Shown here piece by piece: positions 16,201 to 24,919 of a stretch of DNA of 47,151 bases. The notes below the pieces were generated by a model. That model was not told where the DNA came from and did not search any database. It worked only from the letters and a program-made list of their open reading frames with translations. Source of the stretch: Archangiaceae bacterium (lineage in GTDB: Bacteria > Myxococcota > Myxococcia > Myxococcales > Myxococcaceae); contig JAYVCD010000019.1 of assembly GCA_043750125.1 (NCBI GenBank), positions 1-47,151 of the forward strand, read 5' to 3'. Made by a program: the position numbers and the translations under genes. Numbering within the stretch: the first letter of the stretch is position 1; each line of letters opens with the position of its first letter.

Positions 16201-17369
16201 CGACCGTCGCGTTCGGAATGGGCATCGACAAGGCCGACGTCCGCACCGTCGTTCATCTCGCGCTGCCCGGCAGTGTCGAGTCCTACTACCAGGAGATCGG
16301 CCGCGCCGGCCGCGACGGCAAGCCGTCCCGCGCGGTGTTGATGCACCACTTCGCCGACCGCAAGACCCACGAATTTTTCCTCGAGCGCGATTACCCCGAC
16401 GCGAAGGTGCTTGCGAAGTTGGCGCGCGCTCTCGACGAGACCGCTCAGACCGCCGAAGCCCTGCGACGGCGAACCCGAGTGAAGGTCGACACCTTCGAAA
16501 CCGCGCTCGAGAAGCTGTGGATTCACGGGGGGGTGAAGGGAGTCGCCGAAGACCGATTGCAGCACGGTCACGACGACTGGCAGGCCCCTTACGCCGCGCA
16601 GCGACAGCGACGTGAAGAGCAGCTGTCGCTCGTCGCCCGCTTTGCCGAGGGACACGGCTGCCGGATGGTGGCGCTGGTTCGTCACTTTGGAGACCGAGAA
16701 GACCCCGGTACCCCGTGCGGTTGCTGTGATGTCTGCGCCCCCCAAGAGTGTGTCGGAGCCCTCTTCGAGACCCCTTCCCCCCAGGAGCAGACCGTTCTGC
16801 AGCAGCTGATGGGTCGGATCCTCGCCCAGCCCGGACAAGCCAGCGGCCGGCTGTGCCGCGAGCTGCTCGGAGAAGACCCCACCGCCCGAACCCGGTTCGA
16901 ACGGTTGCTCGGGGGCCTGGTCCGCGCCGGGCAGGTGCGGGTCGAAGACGACGCCTTCGAGAAAGACGGACGCCGCATCCCCTTTCATCGCTTGTTTGCG
17001 GTCGCCGTCGCGCGCATCGGGGCCGCTCAGGTGCAGCTTCCTGCGGCGATTGTCCCAGGCAAACGGCCTCGCGCGCCTGCCCGCGCCCGCCCCGCAGGCC
17101 GCCGGAAGGAAAAGCGCCGCAGCGGCCCTGCCGTTCCTTTGCCCACGGTCGGCGCGAGCGCCACCCTCGTCGCGAGCCTTCGGAGCTGGAGACTCGACGA
17201 AGCCCGCCGCAAGCGCGTGCCCGCCTTCCGGATTCTCACCAACCGCGCGCTGGTCGCTTTGGCCCAGGCCCGCCCCACGACTTCCCAGGCGCTGCGCGGG
17301 GTCAGCGGAATCGGGTCAAAGATTTTGCAGACCTACGAGCGGCAGCTGCTCGCGCTTTGCGCCGGCTGA
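13281..17369 (+). CDS. topB: DNA topoisomerase III fused to RecQ helicase, Zn-binding and HRDC domains
   Basis: Topo IA motifs: AEKPS, DAGREGE, GRVQTPTL, SYPRTD, HHAIIPT. RecQ motifs: PTGAGKSLCYQLP, DEAHCISQWGHDFRPDY, TATAT, FGMGIDK, QEIGRAGRDG, CGCCDVC. HRDC: LRSWR..EA....VPAFRIL. One continuous frame. Confidence 0.93.
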   Translation: MTIAVVAEKPSVGRDLAAVLGATRRGDGTLSGNGYVVTWAIGHLVGLAEPEGIRPEWGRWRREDLPMLPKRWPLTVFEPTRAQFEVVKRVLNDPRVDSVICATDAGREGELIFRLIYEAADCRRPVQRLWISSLTDGAIREGLARLKPAKDYDRLADAAMGRSRADWLVGMNLSRAYGLALEAPLSVGRVQTPTLAMLVERELAIRDFVPEDYLEVVATFSPREGASYRGTWFDPKAATNPSRLPASAERAKELVERALKGKARISSLTSQTKKMPAPLLYDLTELQRHCNRLVGFSAQRTLEIAQALYEKHKLLSYPRTDSRHLSTEVAGTLSGVVEAISAPFQAQLAEGTGLRPLSKRFVEDSRVTDHHAIIPTAVRPSPRALSDAEQKVYELVCRRLLQAWHADFVWAATSVVTEITEGRDVDGYRSHGTAIEQLGWKVLEVGEARAPGESDDPVLPSGLERFQPQRVLDAKAVPKRTQPPARLNDATLLTAMQTAGKTLDEKELSDAMKDSGLGTPATRASIIETLLTRGYVVREGKALQATARGVGLIAVVDAEVKSAAMTGEWEARLQRMARGEGDLGMFIARVEEYVEAVVGRVPPTLPPLGGSAPPRPPARGAQSSLSRSHGSPSDSMASPSGRGERAEPRLPMRPLRQAQGEGPGERPGERPGERSAERGERLPPLQDARPGDLDALLREVFGFTSFRPHQRAVCEAAAAGNDVLLVMPTGAGKSLCYQLPGLARARTTLVVSPLIALMEDQVARLQSLGLRAARIHSGRDRLESRAVCAEYLEGKLDYLFIAPERLGVPGFPELLARRPLGLIAIDEAHCISQWGHDFRPDYRLLRERLPLLRPAPIVALTATATPVVQRDIAHQLGMGASAKQFIHGFRRDNLAIEALEVPPRERPARTRAWLSGVGRLPAIVYAPTRKMAEAVAEELEADHRVRAYHAGLSAHVRDAVQTAFLGGQLDVVVATVAFGMGIDKADVRTVVHLALPGSVESYYQEIGRAGRDGKPSRAVLMHHFADRKTHEFFLERDYPDAKVLAKLARALDETAQTAEALRRRTRVKVDTFETALEKLWIHGGVKGVAEDRLQHGHDDWQAPYAAQRQRREEQLSLVARFAEGHGCRMVALVRHFGDREDPGTPCGCCDVCAPQECVGALFETPSPQEQTVLQQLMGRILAQPGQASGRLCRELLGEDPTARTRFERLLGGLVRAGQVRVEDDAFEKDGRRIPFHRLFAVAVARIGAAQVQLPAAIVPGKRPRAPARARPAGRRKEKRRSGPAVPLPTVGASATLVASLRSWRLDEARRKRVPAFRILTNRALVALAQARPTTSQALRGVSGIGSKILQTYERQLLALCAG
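15195..15305. repeat. REP-like imperfect palindrome plus 4 x 12-bp tandem repeat inside the Top3-RecQ linker
   Basis: GGTGAGCGTGCCGAACC...CCCTTCGACAGGCCCAGGGTGAA, then GGTGAA(C/G)GG(CCC) x4 at 15258-15305 (GEGP-GERP-GERP-GERS). Confidence 0.6.
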
Positions 17370-17378
17370 CCCCCGAGT

Positions 17379-17401
17379 GGGGCCTGGAAGTGGCCCCTTT
17401 T
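17379..17401 (+). terminator. Possible intrinsic terminator after topB-recQ
   Basis: GGGGCC-TGGAAGT-GGCCCC followed by TTTT, between convergent genes. Confidence 0.45.
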
Positions 17402-17463
17402 GGGAAGAGCAAAAAGGTCGATTTGTTGAATGGAGGACCCATTCCACCGGAGGTCCCCCACGA

Positions 17464-18462
17464 TTAGTTCGGCTCTTTGGCCGCCTTCCGTTCCTGAGTG
17501 CTGAGCCGGTAGGCGGCATTTCGGGCGCGCATCATCGCTCCGAGGGGGCGGTGTTCCTCGAGCGCGTGCCACGGGTCGAACGACAATTTTTCGATCCGTT
17601 CGGCCGATGCTTGGTCCAACGTCTGCTGCGGAAGGGTCAGCCGACCCACCGTGAAGTAGGGGGAATCGCTTTCTTTCCAGTCCACCGAGCCGTCCTCGAT
17701 TGGAGTGCGCTTTTCGTCCTGGAAGAACTGCACCTTGAAGTCGTATTCCACCGGGCCTTTTGCCAGCCGCGCCGCGAGCTCTTCGCCCAGGTAATCGGCG
17801 GTCGTCCCCGGTTTGGCGTTCACGTCGGCTGCCGCGATGGGATCGAACATGTACCGCACTGCGTAGGGACCCCACTTGATCGGCAGCTGGCTCGAGTAGC
17901 GCGCCGTCGCCACCGAATCGATCTTCCGTGTCGCGCTCTGGACCAGCTTTTTGATCAACCCCAGCGCGCGCCACGGGCCGAACTTTGCGATCGCTTTGAA
18001 GATCAACGTGGCTGGGCTCGCCGCGGCAGCCACGAACCAGACGAACTCGTCGGCATCGCGAAAGGGCGTCGAAGTTCCAAGAATGGCCAGAAAATCCTGG
18101 GTGGTCTCGTCTTCCATGCCCGGAATGATCTTCTTCCCCGGCACCCCAATCACCTTCACCGCGATGCCTCGGACATCGGGCTTGCGGTCCGACTGGTGCG
18201 AAGGTTTTCCGTTCGAATATCGAACCAACGCCCGGTAGGTGCCCGGCTTCGCCCCCAAGCCGACTCGAACGGGGTCCGGCAACCCGGGCAGCACCGTGAA
18301 CGAGGCCTCGGCCCCTGCCTGCCCCTTGGCGTGAAGTCCGCGCGCGACGGGAACCTTGCTTGCGTGCTGCTGCTGGAACCCGCGCAGCACTTCGGCCAGT
18401 TTTTCGAAGCGAGCGGTTTCATCGGGACCAATCTGTTCTTTCCAGTCGATCGAAGGGGCCAT
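17464..18462 (-). CDS. Small catalase-like heme protein (catalase-related family)
   Basis: RGLHAKG, RYSNG, DVRGIAVK, TQDFL and LSFDPWH...HRPLG.MMRARNAAY. ATG at 18462. Confidence 0.85.
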   Translation of the reverse strand: MAPSIDWKEQIGPDETARFEKLAEVLRGFQQQHASKVPVARGLHAKGQAGAEASFTVLPGLPDPVRVGLGAKPGTYRALVRYSNGKPSHQSDRKPDVRGIAVKVIGVPGKKIIPGMEDETTQDFLAILGTSTPFRDADEFVWFVAAAASPATLIFKAIAKFGPWRALGLIKKLVQSATRKIDSVATARYSSQLPIKWGPYAVRYMFDPIAAADVNAKPGTTADYLGEELAARLAKGPVEYDFKVQFFQDEKRTPIEDGSVDWKESDSPYFTVGRLTLPQQTLDQASAERIEKLSFDPWHALEEHRPLGAMMRARNAAYRLSTQERKAAKEPN

Positions 18463-18476
18463 GGCGGGGGTGTACC

Positions 18477-19496
18477 TCAGGCGTCTTCGGCGACGCGCAG
18501 GATCAGCTTTCCAAAGTTCTCGCCCGAGAACAGCTTCAGCAGCGCCTCGGGAAACGTCTGCAGCCCGTCGACCACGTCCTCGCGGGAAGTGAATTTCCCT
18601 TCCTTCATCCAACCCGCGATGTCCTTCACCGCGGTCGGATAGCGATCGGCGTAGTCGAACACCACCATCCCTTCCATCCGGGCGCGGTTCACCAGCAGAG
18701 ACATGTAATTGGCGGGCCCCTTGATTGGCCCAGTGCTGTTGTATTGCGAGACCGCCCCGCAGATGACGATGCGCGCCTTGCGGTTGATGCGGGCCAGCGC
18801 GGCGTCGAGAATTTCTCCTCCCACGTTGTCGAAGTAGACGTCGACGCCCTTGGGACAATGGGCCTTGAGCGCCTCTTTGAGATCCCCAGCGCGGTAGTCG
18901 ATGCAGGCGTCGAAGCCGAGCTCCCGCACCACGAAGTCACACTTCGCCGGGCCTCCGGCGATTCCCACCGTGCGGCAGCCCTTGAGCCGGGCGACCTGAC
19001 CGACCGTTTGACCGACGGCGCCAGAGGCTCCCGACACCAGCACCGTCTCGCCGGCCTTCGCCAGGCCCACCTCGAGAAGGCCGAAGTAGCCGGTCATCCC
19101 CGGCATCCCGAGGGGGTTGAGCCACTTCTGAAGCGAACCGAGAGCGAGATCGACTTTCGCCGCTCCGAAGTGCCGCGGGTTGGACACCAGGCAGTATTCC
19201 TGGACCCCCACGCTGCCGGTCACCAGGGTCCCGACCGGAAAGTCCGGGTGGCGAGAAGCGATGACCCGTCCGGCTCCACCCGCGCGCATCACCTCGCCCA
19301 GCCCCACTGGAGGAATGTAGCTCTTGCCTTCGTTCATCCACCCGCGCATCGCCGGGTCGAGCGAAAGCATCAGCGTCTTCACCACGAACGAACCGTCGGC
19401 GGGCTCGGGCACAGGCTCTTCGGTGAAGGTCCAATCGCTGCGCTTGGGAAGGCCGACCGGACGGGCGGCCAGACGAATCTGATGGTTGGGGGGCAC
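18477..19496 (-). CDS. NADP-dependent oxidoreductase (prostaglandin/alkenal reductase, CurA-like MDR)
   Basis: LSLDPAMRGWM, LGMPGMTGYFGL, VSGASGAVG, YFDNVGG and GENFGKL. Confidence 0.93.
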   Translation of the reverse strand: MPPNHQIRLAARPVGLPKRSDWTFTEEPVPEPADGSFVVKTLMLSLDPAMRGWMNEGKSYIPPVGLGEVMRAGGAGRVIASRHPDFPVGTLVTGSVGVQEYCLVSNPRHFGAAKVDLALGSLQKWLNPLGMPGMTGYFGLLEVGLAKAGETVLVSGASGAVGQTVGQVARLKGCRTVGIAGGPAKCDFVVRELGFDACIDYRAGDLKEALKAHCPKGVDVYFDNVGGEILDAALARINRKARIVICGAVSQYNSTGPIKGPANYMSLLVNRARMEGMVVFDYADRYPTAVKDIAGWMKEGKFTSREDVVDGLQTFPEALLKLFSGENFGKLILRVAEDA

Positions 19497-19582
19497 AGCT
19501 TTGTGCTTCTAGAGCATCGGGCCGGACGCATCAGCGGTTTCGGCGGCGCTCGAAGTGAAGTCGATCATCGGGCCCGCCCGCA

Positions 19583-19861
19583 TCAGCCGTGCTCGAAGTG
19601 GAGCAGCGATCGCGTTCCGGCGATCGCCGCGAGGACCAGCACCAGCATCGCGGCGGGCAGATAAACGAACTGCAGGAACCGGGTGAAGATCGCGAGCAGC
19701 ACGTGAATTCCTGCATACGCTGCGGCGGCCGTGGCGATCGAGACCGAGTTGCGAAGGTAGGCCTGCACGGTGAACACCAGCCCGGCGATGAGAGTGAGGG
19801 CCCACATCGCACCGGCTCCGATGAGAACCGCGAGGATCAGGCAAGTCGTTACGTCATCCAT
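19583..19861 (-). CDS. Small hypothetical membrane protein (~3 TM)
   Basis: 92-aa hydrophobic ORF from ATG 19861. Overlaps the upstream stop. Confidence 0.55.
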   Translation of the reverse strand: MDDVTTCLILAVLIGAGAMWALTLIAGLVFTVQAYLRNSVSIATAAAAYAGIHVLLAIFTRFLQFVYLPAAMLVLVLAAIAGTRSLLHFEHG

Positions 19862-20877
19862 TGATCCAGCCCGACAGCCGGGGAGAAAGGGCCATTCCCC
19901 GGCGCGCCGGAAACCGTCCGCAGCTTCAGGGCGTGCGAGGTGTGCCGCTTCAGGGCCCGCCCGGCCTTCGCCCGTTCTTTCGCGTACTCGGGCTTTTGCC
20001 AACCACCGATTCGCCCCAGGTGCCGCGAAAGCAGAATGCAGACCCACATTCGAAAGGGGCGCCAGCCTTCGCTGATCTCGCTCATCGTTTCGGCCGAGAC
20101 CTCTTTGAGGCGGTAGGCGTCGGCCAGACCGTGAAGCACCCGCGGCTCGGCGGTCGGCAACCCATCGATCAGCGCAGCTCCGCGATACAAAATGTGACTG
20201 GCCGTCCACGGGCCCACCCCCGTCAATTGCTGAAGCTCCTCGAGCGCGGCGTGCTCGTCCATCGCCCGCAACCTGTCGGGGTCGAGCTTTCCTTCCAGCG
20301 CGGCGATCGCGATTCCTTTGAGGCGCGCCAGCTTCTCGTCCGAGAGCCCGGTGAACGTCGGAACTTCGAGCAACTGCTTTGGAGAAGGAAAGACGTGGTG
20401 CAGCCGGCCCTTGATTCTCACTTCATCGCCGTGCTGTTCGGCCAGCCCGATCTTCAGCTTCGCCGCCTGCTTGATGTTCAATCTCGCAGCGATGATCCCC
20501 CAGGTCGCCGCGTCGTACGGCGACGGCTTGGCGGCGGTGAAGAACCCGCGAAATTCGGCCTGGAGCCTGCCGACCCCCGGATCCCTCTCACCCACCGCGA
20601 GCCAGGACTGGCCCTCGACCTCGAGCCCCAGCATCCGCGCGACCTGTTTTCGGGCGGTCCGAGCGTCGTCGGTGCCGACCAACTGGGCGACGATCTGCTC
20701 GCCTTCTTCCCGCAGCCCCACCGCGACCGCCTCGAAGCTGTGGTCCAGTCGGAAGGCGAGGGTCAGGTCGTCCGCATCGGCGACCGCCATTCCACTGCCT
20801 GGGGTGAAACCTTCGTAGAACTCGGACGCCGCCTTCAAGGCGAAGCCCCGGGGTTTGTCGAAGCTGAAGCTCTTCAT
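19849..20877 (-). CDS. AlkA-like DNA-3-methyladenine glycosylase (HhH-GPD superfamily)
   Basis: AAAGGAG SD. SPYDA..W.II, FPSP, HhH LTGVGPWTA and WRPFRMW. Confidence 0.88.
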   Translation of the reverse strand: MKSFSFDKPRGFALKAASEFYEGFTPGSGMAVADADDLTLAFRLDHSFEAVAVGLREEGEQIVAQLVGTDDARTARKQVARMLGLEVEGQSWLAVGERDPGVGRLQAEFRGFFTAAKPSPYDAATWGIIAARLNIKQAAKLKIGLAEQHGDEVRIKGRLHHVFPSPKQLLEVPTFTGLSDEKLARLKGIAIAALEGKLDPDRLRAMDEHAALEELQQLTGVGPWTASHILYRGAALIDGLPTAEPRVLHGLADAYRLKEVSAETMSEISEGWRPFRMWVCILLSRHLGRIGGWQKPEYAKERAKAGRALKRHTSHALKLRTVSGAPGNGPFSPAVGLDQWMT

Positions 20878-21053
20878 CGGATTCTCCTTTTGCGCTGGTG
20901 CGATTCACCAGCGGTAGTGAGAAGTTAAAGAAGGGCAGTGACAGCGTTATGTCAGGTTTAAACGACTGCGGTGCCGGGGCCCATTTCGGGGCAAGGACAA
21001 CAAGGGGCGGGTGAGGGTCGGCGCGAAGCGGGGAGCGTGGTAGACGCCCGCGG

Positions 21054-22235
21054 ATGAGCCGAGCCGCCATCACCGACCTGTACCGAATCGATGATCTGCT
21101 GGAACCCGAAGAGCGGGCTGCCCGCGACACCGTCGCTGCGTTCGTCGACAAAGAATACCTGCCGATCATCGGCAAACATTTCCGCAACGGGACCTTTCCG
21201 ATGGAAGTGGTGCCGCGGCTGGCCGAGCTCGGGGTGTTCGGAGCCACTCTCAAAGGCTACGGGTGCGCGGGCCTCAACAACATCACCTACGGGTTGATTC
21301 TCCAGGAGCTCGAGCGCGGCGACTCGGGGCTGCGCAGCTTCGCCTCGGTGCAGAGCTCGCTGTGCATGTACCCCATCTACGCCTTCGGCTCGGAAGAGCA
21401 GAAAGAACGCTTTCTGCCCGGGATGGCGAAGGGGAAGGTCATCGGCTGCTTCGGTCTGACCGAGCCCGACTTCGGCTCGGATCCCGGCGGGATGCGCACC
21501 CGGGCCAGGAAGGACGGCGAGCACTACGTGCTCAACGGGGCGAAGATGTGGATCACCAACGGCACCCTCGCCGACGTGGCGATCGTCTGGGCGAAGGTCG
21601 ACGACGGCGGGCAGGAAAGCATCCGCGGGTTCCTGGTCGAGAAGGGAATGCCCGGCTTCCGGGCCGAGGAAATCAAAGGAAAGTTCTCGCTGCGCGCCTC
21701 GTACACCGCCGAGCTGTCGTTTGCCGACGTGCGCGTCCCCGCCCGAAACATGCTGCCGGGAGTTCAGGGTCTGAAGGGCCCGCTGTCGTGCCTCAACAAC
21801 GCACGCATGGGCATTTCCTTCGCGGTGATGGGAGCCGCGGTCGCCTGCTTCGAAGGCGCTCGCGAGTACGCCCTGTCCCGGGTTCAGTTCAACAAGCCGA
21901 TCGCCGCGTTCCAGCTCACCCAGGAAAAGCTCGCCGACATGCTGCAGGAAATCGTCAAGGGCCAGCTGCTGGCCTGGCGGCTGGCGAAGCTCAAAGATCT
22001 ACACGGGAAGGTCAGCCCGGAGCAGGTGTCGATCTGCAAGCGCAACAACGTGAAGGTCGCGCTCGACATCGCGCGGGTCGCTCGCGGCATCTATGGGGCG
22101 AACGGGGTGACGGACGAATACCCTCCGATTCGCCACATGCTGAACCTCGAGAGCGTCTCGACCTATGAAGGGACCCACGAAGTGCACACCCTGATCCTCG
22201 GCAAGGCGATCACCGGCATCGACGCGTTTTCCTGA
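21054..22235 (+). CDS. gcdH: Acyl-CoA dehydrogenase, glutaryl-CoA dehydrogenase-like
   Basis: ELERGDSGLRSFASVQSSL, CFGLTEPDFGSDP, GAKMWITN and RHMLNLESVSTYEGTHEVH. Confidence 0.88.
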   Translation: MSRAAITDLYRIDDLLEPEERAARDTVAAFVDKEYLPIIGKHFRNGTFPMEVVPRLAELGVFGATLKGYGCAGLNNITYGLILQELERGDSGLRSFASVQSSLCMYPIYAFGSEEQKERFLPGMAKGKVIGCFGLTEPDFGSDPGGMRTRARKDGEHYVLNGAKMWITNGTLADVAIVWAKVDDGGQESIRGFLVEKGMPGFRAEEIKGKFSLRASYTAELSFADVRVPARNMLPGVQGLKGPLSCLNNARMGISFAVMGAAVACFEGAREYALSRVQFNKPIAAFQLTQEKLADMLQEIVKGQLLAWRLAKLKDLHGKVSPEQVSICKRNNVKVALDIARVARGIYGANGVTDEYPPIRHMLNLESVSTYEGTHEVHTLILGKAITGIDAFS

Positions 22236-22240
22236 TCCCC

Positions 22241-22666
22241 ATGGCGTTCACCAAAAAAATCACGGTTCGCTTCGACGACGTGGACTTCGCGCGCGTCGTC
22301 TATTTCCCCAACCTCTTTGGCTACTGCCACCAGGTCTTCGAGGACTTCTTTTCCGAAGCGATGGGGGTGTCCTACGCGGTGATGCTTCAGCAGCGCAAAG
22401 TCGGCTACCCCAGCGTGCACGCCGCGGCGGACTTCAAGCACCCGCTTCGATTCGGGGACGTAGTCCGGATCTCAATGGAAACAGTCAAGCTGTCCTCGAA
22501 GTCGATCACCAACCGCTACCAGCTGTTTCTCAACGACAGCGCGACGCTGTGTGCCGAGATCGAGATCATCACCGTGCCGATCGACATGGACACCTTCAAG
22601 GCCAAGGCGGTGCCCGAGGACGTGAGGATGGCGTTCTTGAACCACCTCACCGGACTGACGGTCTGA
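22241..22666 (+). CDS. Acyl-CoA thioesterase (4HBT/YbgC hotdog family)
   Basis: VRFDDVDFARVVYFPN and FKHPLRFGD. Lies 5 bp after gcdH. Confidence 0.9.
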   Translation: MAFTKKITVRFDDVDFARVVYFPNLFGYCHQVFEDFFSEAMGVSYAVMLQQRKVGYPSVHAAADFKHPLRFGDVVRISMETVKLSSKSITNRYQLFLNDSATLCAEIEIITVPIDMDTFKAKAVPEDVRMAFLNHLTGLTV

Positions 22667-22667
22667 C

Positions 22668-23321
22668 TTAGGCGCGCTTGATCGTGATCCAGGTCTCGCC
22701 CTTTTCTTCGGGCGCTGACGGAGCGGCCGGAGCAGCAGCCGCCGCCTCGGGCTCGTCGGCCTCGCCGTGGCGGGACGCGATCTCGGCGTCGGTCAGAAAC
22801 CCGACCGCTTGCCCTTCCCGGTTCCAGAAGCGCACCGCTTTCTCGCTCTGGGCAAACAGCTCTGCCGCGGCCTCGGGCGGGACCAGCGCGTGCTCGATGC
22901 GATCCGGGTCCGGGCGTTCGACGACTGCGAGCTTTCCTTCCTCGAGCATCTTCGCCTGGCCTTCCGACAGCTCGAGCCGCCGCAACTTCTGTTTGCGGGT
23001 GACGAAGTAGAACGTGGTCGTCCCGGGCTCGATCGCCACCTGGGTCGCCAACACTTTCTCGCGCAGGAACCGGTCGAGCTGCACCTGCTTCTTGGCGTCG
23101 TTGCGCTGGGCTTCCTTGCTGCCCGGAAGGGGGGGCAACTTCGGAATCCGGGTCGGAGCCGCTTCCCTCGGCGGCGGCCGACGCGACTGCTCGGGCCGGG
23201 AAGGAGCGCGGGGGGGCGGCGGAGGGCGGGGCGGGGCAGCGGCGGCTTTGCTCTCGGAAGCTTTGACCTGCTCTTCGGAAACAAGGCCGGCCTTGAGCAG
23301 TTTGTCTTTCAGGCTGAGCAT
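22668..23321 (-). CDS. DUF2058 (YaiL-like) family protein
   Basis: MLSLKDKLLKAGLV N-terminus and FYFVTRKQKLRRLEL...LEEGKLAVV. Confidence 0.8.
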   Translation of the reverse strand: MLSLKDKLLKAGLVSEEQVKASESKAAAAPPRPPPPPRAPSRPEQSRRPPPREAAPTRIPKLPPLPGSKEAQRNDAKKQVQLDRFLREKVLATQVAIEPGTTTFYFVTRKQKLRRLELSEGQAKMLEEGKLAVVERPDPDRIEHALVPPEAAAELFAQSEKAVRFWNREGQAVGFLTDAEIASRHGEADEPEAAAAAPAAPSAPEEKGETWITIKRA

Positions 23322-23411
23322 AGGTTCGCGGTTTCTATCACTTGTTCATCGCCCTGCTAGGGTGCCCGCCCGCAAGTGAGCCCGCGCGACCACATTCCCT
23401 CGTTTCTCTCG

Positions 23412-24443
23412 ATGCGCGCCCTGGCGTGTTTTCTCGTCCTGGGGGTGGCCTGCGCCGACCCGGTCGACAAGGCGGCCAAGAAGCGCATCTTTTCCCCCGA
23501 AGACCCGCCCCAGGCCGTCGCTGCGGCGAGCCAGAAGCTGCCTCCCGAAGAGGTCGCCGACAAGCCCGAGATTGCCCGCCGCATTCTGGGAATGGGGGCG
23601 GCCGAGGCCACCGAGCGAATCGGCCCCCACGAATTCACCGCTACCGTCAGCTACGAGTGGACGAGCATCGGCAGCAAGAACGTGCTGCTCAAAGAGACCC
23701 GCACCCTGCTGGCGGGCTCCAGAGGCGTCGGCGGCGACTTCCACGCCACACTCGAAAACTCCCGCGATCAAGGCCTCGAGGTGCTGCGAATTGCGAACAT
23801 GGTCTACGCGAAGAGCCGCTACGGAAAGTTCCGCCAGCGCCTGCGGGACCGGGGCATCGCCGAGCGGGTGCGCGAAGAGATGTACGGCGCAATCAAAGAC
23901 TTCGACGCTCTGTTTCGCGGTCGCCTCAAGCTCACCGCCAATGGCACCGTCACGGTCGAAGGCCGCACCGCGTGGAAGTACCAGGTGACTCTGGGCGACC
24001 CCCTTCCCGAAAAGATCCAGAAGCTTCCCGCGATCGTCGCCGCCCGGGGAGGCGCCGACGAGACCACCCAGCGCCGGCTGGCCTTCGAAGAGCTGAGGTC
24101 CCCTCGAACCCTGCAGGGCGAGGTGCTGGTCGACGCATTGACCTCGGTCGTCCTCAAGACGCGGCTCGATGGCCGCATCGGGGTCAAACGCGAAGCCCGC
24201 AAGTTCCCCGACGGAGGGGGAACGCAGGCCAGCCAGGCCGAGCTGCGGTTGGTGCTCGATTCCCAGCTCCAGCACATCGGCAAAGAGCCCGCTTTGAAGG
24301 TCCCGACCGACTTCCTCCCCGACCAGGACAAACCCGAAGGAATCGCTGCCGCGCTCGAGCGGTTTGGCATTCCCCGGGCGGGTACGGATGGGGGCACCAG
24401 CGGCCCAGCAGACGGGGTCCCGGATGACGAAGAAGCCCCCTGA
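23412..24443 (+). CDS. Conserved hypothetical lipoprotein
   Basis: MRALACFLVLGVAC lipobox. 343-aa frame with a high-GC3 codon pattern. Confidence 0.8.
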   Translation: MRALACFLVLGVACADPVDKAAKKRIFSPEDPPQAVAAASQKLPPEEVADKPEIARRILGMGAAEATERIGPHEFTATVSYEWTSIGSKNVLLKETRTLLAGSRGVGGDFHATLENSRDQGLEVLRIANMVYAKSRYGKFRQRLRDRGIAERVREEMYGAIKDFDALFRGRLKLTANGTVTVEGRTAWKYQVTLGDPLPEKIQKLPAIVAARGGADETTQRRLAFEELRSPRTLQGEVLVDALTSVVLKTRLDGRIGVKREARKFPDGGGTQASQAELRLVLDSQLQHIGKEPALKVPTDFLPDQDKPEGIAAALERFGIPRAGTDGGTSGPADGVPDDEEAP

Positions 24444-24577
24444 AGCCGGGGGGGCCTCAACCAGTTGGTCAAAAATTTGCGGGGTCGCCTCCGATCCCTA
24501 GAATGCCCAACAGATGCGGCTTTGCCGCGTCCGACATGGCCGGTTGTTCAGGTGGATTCACAGAGAGGATTGCCAAC

Positions 24578-24889
24578 ATGGATCGCAAGGGTTCAAACGC
24601 AGCAGTGGTGACGGCGGAAGAGGTGACGACGGCGCTCAAGGGCCGCATCGCCACCCAGGAAGAAGAGAAGGTGCTCCGGATGCGTTACGGCTCGAAGGTC
24701 GAGACCGGAATGCCGTTGCCGAAAGCTGCGGGCGCCAACGAAGAGCTGGGCGACGAGCTGCTGCTGATTGAGATGCAGCTGTTCAAGGCGATGAAGGCCA
24801 GGCGGGGTCTGTCGGTCGCTCCCGCGCCGGTGACCCGCAGCGCGGCGAAGGACAAGATCGTCCGCGCGCTGAAGGCGAAGAAGAAATAA
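24578..24889 (+). CDS. Small protein with a sigma70 region-4-like segment
   Basis: GAGAGG SD, ATG 24578. EEEKVLRMRYG...LLLIEMQLFKAMK and a basic tail. Confidence 0.8.
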   Translation: MDRKGSNAAVVTAEEVTTALKGRIATQEEEKVLRMRYGSKVETGMPLPKAAGANEELGDELLLIEMQLFKAMKARRGLSVAPAPVTRSAAKDKIVRALKAKKK

Positions 24890-24919
24890 CCGGCTTCGCG
24901 TGGCTCACCCGCTCGAGCG

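Noticed and set aside
13281-17369. Reverse gyrase
   Set aside because: Domain order is topoisomerase then helicase, and the helicase is clearly RecQ with HRDC.
19849-20877. Glu instead of the catalytic Asp in the AlkA-like protein (LPTAEP)
   Set aside because: A conservative change that I recall in this subfamily. It is not evidence of novelty without an alignment.
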